Shown: positions 55,041 to 64,000 of the stretch, one piece after another
Layout: every line of letters begins with the position of its first letter
Position numbering within the stretch: the stretch's first letter is position 1
From: Octopus vulgaris
Taxonomy: Eukaryota
DNA length: 64,000 nt
Assembly (NCBI GenBank): GCA_951406725.2
Contig: OX597817.1
Location: 62,496,001 to 62,560,000, forward strand
Direction: 5' to 3'
Program-made: the position numbers and the translations under genes
Notes under the pieces: model-generated
Seen by the model: the letters and a program-made list of their open reading frames with translations, nothing else
Database searches by the model: none
Told to the model about the DNA's origin: nothing

Positions 55041-55381
55041 GTTATGACGACGAGGGTTCCAGTTGACCGATCAACAGAACAGCCTGTTCATGAAATTAAC
55101 GTGCAAGACACGTGTACCCTTAACGTAGTTCTCGGTGAGATTCAGCGTGATACAGCATGTGACAAGGCTGGTCCTTTGAAACACAAGTAGAACAGACACA
55201 GAAAGAAAGAGTGAGAGAAAGTTTTGGTGAAACAGTACAGCAGGGTTTTCCACCATCCCCTGCCGGAGCCTCGTGGGGCTTTAGGTGTTTTCGCCCAATA
55301 AACACTCACAATGCCCGATCTGGCAATCGAAACCGTGATCCTACGACCGCTGCCCTAACCACTTGGCCATTGGGCCTCCAC
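55041..55381 (-). mobile_element. tRNA-derived SINE family 3
   Basis: Head is the reverse complement of that at 49236. Confidence 0.85.
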
Positions 55382-55577
55382 ACACTACCATATCTAGGAA
55401 ATGAATATAGGCCGCTCAACCAACAGCAAGATCATGGACGCCAAGTATTTTTCGAGAACAACGAATTTATACCAATAGATATCATTTATCCGGATAGACA
55501 TGCCGCAATGTGACAAGATCTAATAACTCATTATTAAGAAGATAAATTTTACAGGTGTTATTATTATGACCAAGTTT

Positions 55578-55861
55578 AAGGTGATGGGGTGGCACGTTGG
55601 ACAAAATGTTTAGCGGCAATTCGTCCGTATTTACGTTCTGAGTTCAAATTCCACTGAAGTCAACTTTACCTTTTATCCTTTCGGAGTCGCTAAAATATGT
55701 ACCAGTTGTCTACTGAGGTCGAAGTAATCGACTATCCCCTCGTACAAATTTCAGGCCTTGTGCCTATAGTAGAAAGGATTATTGTGACCAAGTTTAATGT
55801 GACGGAGTGGTGTAAACACGCCATCGCCGGTTGTTAAACGGTGGATGGGGAAAAAGAAAAA

Positions 55862-55941
<80 letters not shown>

Positions 55942-56625
55942 GAATGGCTCCTTTCAGTTTCCGTCTACCAAATCCACTTACAAGGCCTTGGTGGAGACGA
56001 AGCTATAGTAAAATACTCTAGCTCATGGTGCCACGCAATGGGACTGAACTCGGAACCATGTGGTTCAGAAGCAAGCCTCCTACCACACAGCTACGTCTGC
56101 ACCTACTAAAAAAAATATAGAAAAGACATGGGAGAAGTGATCTCGGAGAACATCCATCCCTGATTAGAGAAATTTCCATCTTTGTTATACAAATGTGAAA
56201 AAAAATATTTTCCGCATCTAAAATGTTGTACAATTGATGTTTGGAGAAAAACCGTTGTGAAATAATCTCGAAACGAGTAGTGCAGCAGGAATTCTAGTTT
56301 GTAGCAAATATTCCTATTTGAGTAAGGCGGTGAGCAAATAGTCTTATTTGAATTAAGACGGCGAGCTAGCAGAATCGTCAGCACACAAAAATGCTTTGAA
56401 ACCAATCTTTTAGATTCACATTAGGTTTCAAGCTGACAGAATTGTTACCTTGCCAGGCAAATTGCTTTGCAGGCTTTTCGTCCGTCTTAGCGTTCTGAGT
56501 TCAAATTCTGCCAAAGTCGATTTTGCTTTTCATGCTTCCGGGGCCGATAAAATAAGTACCAGGTAAACACTGGGTCAATCCCATCCCCAGAAATTGCTGG
56601 CCTTGTACCAAAATTTGAAATTATT
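55578..56625. mobile_element. SINE cluster: family 2 (+) 55578-55780, family 1 (-) 55812-56103, family 2 (+) about 56357-56625
   Basis: Consensus matches. Confidence 0.8.
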
Positions 56626-57201
56626 ATTATTATTATTATGCTCTTTCCCTTTTGCTTCCATTTCTTACCGAGTGTCTTCCAGACACCTAGGGCAAAGACA
56701 CTGACTGTATACATTAGTAGGTCAATAAAATAAGTACTAGTTGAGCACTGGAGTTAATGTAATTGAATTAACCCCGCCCCTAAGATTACTGTCAAAATTT
56801 GAAACCAATATTCTTATTTGAAGAAATTTCCTTTCGCTCAGCGCTCTTGTGCTGGGAAACTATTTATGGGGAATCTAGGCAGCATTATGTAATAATCGAG
56901 AACATAAAGTAGAGTTTAGTCTTTCACAAAACTTTCCAATGCCTTGCACTGGTCGTGGATATCGTCAGGTCCTCTTGATTAGAGCGTAGAAACAGAATTC
57001 AAAATGACTGCTTCAGCAATGTTCAAACCATCTAACTATATAAGTTTCAGAATGACACCGAATGTGTGCAAGCGTACACATGATGTTTAATTGTACTTGC
57101 CTGCGCGCGCGAGTGTGTGTGCGTGGATGTGTTTAATGTCTGTATTGTCAGTGAGAATAGAAAAAGTCTGTTACAGACCCGTTTGAATCACATGTAGAAG
57201 G

Positions 57202-57376
57202 CAAGAAGACATCAGCGATTGTGTGGAACGTCAATATGTCAATTAAAACCTGTATAAAGATTTGATATTTCGTATTCAATATGAATATTTTACATACTAC
57301 AACACTTATCAATATGGTATATAAAATACATGCAATAATATATTACATATATGTATATATACGTATGTAAATATAA

Positions 57377-57428
<52 letters not shown>

Positions 57429-57444
57429 TTGATTTTCTTGCTAT

Positions 57445-57492
<48 letters not shown>

Positions 57493-57669
57493 TATATACA
57501 TTTACATACGTATATATAATATATTATTTCATATATTTTATATACCATATTAATAAGGGTATGTAAAATAATCTTATTGAATGTATAGTTATTCATATGC
57601 AAAATCGAATCTTCTTACAGGTTTTAATTGACACATTGACACTCCCACACAGTCACTGATGTCTTCTTG
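57202..57669. repeat. Large diverged palindrome centred on a double (TA)n tract
   Basis: 57202-57380 versus 57490-57669, e.g. caagaagacatcagcgattgtgtgg / ccacacagtcactgatgtcttcttg. Confidence 0.85.
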
Positions 57670-57682
57670 GTCGTTGACTGTG

Positions 57683-58080
57683 CTACACCATTATTTGAAA
57701 CCTCCTCCGATATGTGGAATTTGGTCAATGAGAAACTTTGATGCCGCAGTCCTCCTCTGTGTTTCGTGCCGTGATGTAGGCTCATCTGGAACCCTTGACA
57801 GGAAGAGATCTAGTTTTGTTTTGAAGGCACTTACATTCACACCATGCCGATATCTCAGGCATTCTGAAAGGATATTGAAGAGCTGTGGGCCCTTGAAACC
57901 CAAGCTGTTGCAGTATCGGGTCCTTTACTTTGATGGCGATGATGGGATCTTTGGCACTATGCACTGGCACCCCGTTCTGCTGTTTAAGTAACTTTCAAGG
58001 CCTTCTAGGATTTCCAGATGTATATCACTGCATATCTTTCCCGCCTTCGTTCTAGGTAGAAGAGTGTTAATTCTTTCGGT
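57683..58080 (-). pseudogene. LINE (CR1/L2 group) ORF2 C-terminal fragment
   Basis: LERRRERYAVIYIWK...GFKGPQLFNIL...FKTKLDLFLSRVPDEP, typical CR1/L2-group C-terminus; frameshifted. Confidence 0.8.
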
Positions 58081-58109
58081 CTGTGTATATATATATTTAT
58101 ATGCTTATG

Positions 58110-58155
<46 letters not shown>

Positions 58156-59908
58156 TAGATACACACACACAGACACAGACACACACACTCACATATATAT
58201 ATATAATTTTGTGTCCTTATTCTGTCCAACGTCCTACGCTTAGTTTCTCCTCGCCAGGATATCCACCATTTGTAATTCTTTGCTCTTGAATCTATCTTCT
58301 AGTAGTAGTCGTAGTCGTCATCATCGTCGTCGTCGTCATCATCTTGCGTAGTACATATGATAACCGTAAGTTGGTACGGGTAACAAATAGCTTACCGCTG
58401 TCACATAATATTACGTCGTTCCTTTTATTCTTCTCACGACACAGACGATGTTAGACGATGGTCCGCAATTTTATCGCTAATAATTCACAACAGTGAAGCC
58501 GTGTTTCTGATTACAAATCCAGTATTATGCTATTGCACAGCGGTGCATATCAAACTCTGCATGTGCACGTGAAAATTATTATTCCATAACGATGAGCATA
58601 CCAATGTAGTATATACTCGTACATTTTGAAATTAAAATTTTATATTAATAAGTATATAGTGTCTGTATATATTTGCCTGCATGTATCTGCGTCATTATGT
58701 GAGGAATAATACATGCTCCTATTTAGAAAAAAAGCTGTTTACAATGAGAAGAAATATTTTATATGAAAATGACATACAGAAGTTCATTCGATTCAGTGGC
58801 AAATTGAAATATCATTGAAAATAGCGTTCTTCAAGACATAACACAGACAATGACTTGTTGGTATTTCCCAAAACATTTCTAAACACTATATGTATCGATT
58901 TTTCGATATTTGGGCCAATATTTCTCAATGCATGAAAGTTAATAATGAGATTTATACGCGCAAATAAATTACAGCCTGTCTGCTAGATCTACAGTGGACA
59001 CCAAGACTTGAATAAAAGTCATCAAGTTCTTGTTATACAATCGTTAGTTTATTTAAATTAATATGCGTTTCCATAATCATTGAAATACCTGACTACGTTA
59101 GAAAATATTACCTGTGCCCCCACTTTAGGTCAATAAGTGAACACGGAAGTAAAGATTTTCAAAATATACATATATGCATTTTCTACATAAAAGAGTTCAA
59201 GTTTAAAATCAAATTTAATTGAAGTGCTCGACATTTAGATTTTTGTAACTGATATAAAGAGTCAGACAGAAATAGGGAACAATTAACTAAATCAGTTCGG
59301 TTTATATGACTGCTATATATGTTATCGACACAGACAAAAACAAGGAGTTAATTGGGGTTCGTCTACTAAAGACTGTATCTCCTGCTTTCTCTACAACTTT
59401 TGTCAGTTATATATTTTCTGTAATATAGTTAATTATACATTTCCTGAAAATATATAATCCAAGTGTAAATAGTATATGATAATTACAAACATAGTAGTCA
59501 TATTACCAGCATTCGTTTCTGTTTTGACTTCAAGAAATATATCAAAAACGTAAATTAATTTTCAATAAATTGAAAACAACCACGTTATCAAATCTGGAAG
59601 ATATTGTATTCACATTTTAATCAAAGGTTTTTTGGGCGACCATAAAATTTTTATGCTATCCCACACACCACGGTAGTACCGTTTTTATTCAAAACCTAAC
59701 CAGGAAGTTAACTCAAGATTATTGCTATTCAAACAAGTAGTGTAAAAAAGTGGTTTACGAAAGTAAATGCTGGTATGAAAAGGAATAGAAATCATAAGTC
59801 CCAAATACATCAAAACAGCCGATATCTCCACATGTGTACTCAGATGCAGGGTGTCTATTGAAGTGATAACTTTTTCTTAGTTTCATTTATCTTGATATCA
59901 CAATATGT

Positions 59909-59971
<63 letters not shown>

Positions 59972-59977
<6 letters not shown>

Positions 59978-61259
59978 TAGTATTAGGGAGTAAATCCAAA
60001 CTTACAAAGAAAAATTAGATTTAGGATTAAATCAAATTTCACATTATAAATATAAATTAAATTAGAGATAAAACCACTATTAGGCAAATCAAACAGTGAA
60101 AAACATAAAGCAAAACATAAAAATAAATATAATTAATATAATATACAAAATATATGAAATATAAAATTCAAAATTTAAACTATTTGAATTTAAAATTGTT
60201 AATTTATATTTATAATTTTTTATATTTTTTATATTTTTTAAATTTTAAATTAAAAAAATTTTAAACTTTTAATTTTTGAATTTTTAATTTTTTTTTATAA
60301 CTATCAAAAAGTATTAAAAAGTTTAATATAATATAATAAGTAAAAACCACTACGTATGTTTCATGGCCATAACCCAATTCGAATTACAATTAATTTAAAT
60401 TAAATTAAAAATTCGAATTATAATTATGGTCAATCTTCAGGTTAATGATAATAGTTAAATAAATAAGCAAATATATTTAAACAGTATTTTTTAAGAAATA
60501 AATAAAATAATAATTTTTCTTATAAAAATTTTTGTATTATCAAATTAGAAACTTTAACAATTAGGATTATGTCATACAACCCAATTATAATGTTAAATAT
60601 TAATTTTTAAGGTAAAAATAGATAGAAAATGTATTTATCTATTAGGATATAATATGGCTTTAAAAATATAATAAACTTACGAATATCCTAATATCAGTTA
60701 TAGTTAATATCTAATTACCAAATTATTTAACAAAATAATCACTAGTCATATTTGTAAATTGAAGTTCAAATCTAATAATTATAAAATATTTAAGAATAAT
60801 AACTAAAGTATTATGAATAAATATAATAATTAAGATCTAAAAATTTCTCTATCAATAAATATATAGACGTATAATGAAAACTAAATAAATTAATTATTCC
60901 ATTATTACTTACGTAAATATTAAATACTAAATGATGGTAGCGTAAAAAAAGGTTGAGGGTGAGGGTACGAGAAAACAGACACACAGAAACACGCACAGAC
61001 AAACTGCCGTTTATATATAGAGAGATTAATGCAAGATATTTATGAAATATATTAAAAAATTAAAAGTGAAAAAGCAAATTATAAACGTAGAGCCAACGAG
61101 ATATATAGATTGTTAAATAGTTATACGATTTTTTCAAAGATAGGCTATACGTTTAGAATTTGCTTTTTCATCTTTAATTTTTTAATATATTTCATAAATA
61201 TATTACATTAATATTTAATATTTACGTAAGTAATAATGGAATAATAAATTTATTTAGTT
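59972..61259. mobile_element. Extremely AT-rich PLE-type terminal cassette with HHR and nested inverted repeats
   Basis: Homology to 9411-9500 and 20891-20940; inverted repeats 60880-60925/61213-61259 and 61026-61094/61143-61212. Confidence 0.6.
60345..60447 (-). ncRNA. HHR with intact core and ~69 nt stem II hairpin
   Basis: CUGAAGA (60440-60434), stem II UGACCAUAA..AAUUCGAAUU / AAUUCGAAUU..UUAUGGCCA, GAAA (60362-60359), C-auac-GUA; stem I weak. Confidence 0.6.
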
Positions 61260-61342
61260 TGGCGTCATTTGAAGGCTAAAACAATGCGAAGCGCATTGTG
61301 ACCAGCGATGTGTCGCGACATCTGATAGCCTGGTCGGTCACG

Positions 61343-62953
<1,611 letters not shown>

Positions 62954-63190
62954 ATCAGCAAATCAATATCAGCAGACAACATTACATATATATATCTATT
63001 TTTAATAAAGGCATCTCAAACAATATTTCATCTCATATTTAAAACTTGTAAGAACATTATTCACACACATAAGCACACACACACACACATCTACACACAT
63101 ACATGTGTGTGTGTTCGCTTCTGTGTATGTGCGAGTGTTTATGCACGTCTGTGTGTGCGTGCGTGCGTATGTGTGTGCGTGTGTGCGTAT

Positions 63191-63230
<40 letters not shown>

Positions 63231-63236
63231 GCGTAT

Positions 63237-63270
<34 letters not shown>

Positions 63271-63365
63271 ACATAACTTTCAGATTTCATATCTAAGAGT
63301 GTTTGAAATAAATAGTAAAAAAAATATTTTTTTATATGTGTGTATGATGTATGTGTGTATATATA

Positions 63366-63398
<33 letters not shown>

Positions 63399-63695
63399 CT
63401 GCAGAGACACAAGGAGAGAGAGAGACAGATCATTGTATTTTCACAAACACACAAACACATACACATACACTCACACATGCACACACACATACATGCACGC
63501 ACGCATGCACACACACACACGCACACAAATATATACTTGCGCGCGTGTTTGTCTTTGTGTGAACTCACACATGCGCGTTTGCTGCGTCTATTTATATTTT
63601 TTTCTCGGGTTCTCTACTCAAAAAGAAACTTTTGTTTTAAATAACTCTATACAAATTTGAAAATGATCGCTAATATCGACTTTCATATAATTCCG

Positions 63696-63746
<51 letters not shown>

Positions 63747-63914
63747 CCACCACACCACCAGCAGCAGCAGAAGCAGTAGAAGCAGAAGCAGCAGCAGCAG
63801 TAGCAGTGTTAGTACTGGTGGTGGTGGTGGTGATGGTGGTGGCGGCGGCGGTGGTGATGGTGGTGGTGGTGGTGGTGGTGGTGGTTAGTGGTAAAGCGGT
63901 GATGGTGGTGACGA

Positions 63915-63955
<41 letters not shown>
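63696..63955. repeat. Compound trinucleotide tract (CAT/CAG/GGT/TAG)
   Basis: Direct reading. Confidence 0.95.
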
Positions 63956-64000
63956 ATTTTTGTTGTTCGTTTTTATTTGTTTTTGCTGTGTATTTTTTTT

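Noticed and set aside
59972-60930. Possible NUMT or mitochondrial control region given extreme AT content
   Set aside because: No mitochondrial gene or tRNA recognisable; homologous to other cassettes in this window (9411, 20891)

Overview
AT-rich eukaryotic DNA, dense in microsatellites ((TA)n, (CA)n, (GATA/GACA)n, (AAG)n, (CAT)n). The SINE families and repeat landscape resemble an octopod cephalopod genome (Octopus-like); this is my inference from recalled repeat families. I found no intact host protein-coding gene, and most ORFs in the track are microsatellite translations. The window is mostly decayed mobile elements: a 5'-truncated Penelope-like element (PLE; RT + GIY-YIG), a second PLE endonuclease relic, two Helitron/Helentron relics, mariner/Tc1 derivatives, a hAT with a BED finger, a Merlin-like MITE, a solo LTR, a Gypsy integrase+LTR end, LINE relics and many copies of three SINE families. 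The strongest signal outside standard annotation is a set of about ten short cassettes sitting between (TA)n tracts. They carry type I hammerhead ribozyme (HHR) folds, some intact and many decayed, several with unusually long stem II. They are often built as long fold-back palindromes, and one family carries a tRNA-Thr-like Pol III unit. The same HHR fold lies just 3' of the PLE ORF, suggesting a PLE-driven system of (TA)n-associated, ribozyme-bearing, fold-back non-autonomous elements. All folds were worked out by eye and are untested.
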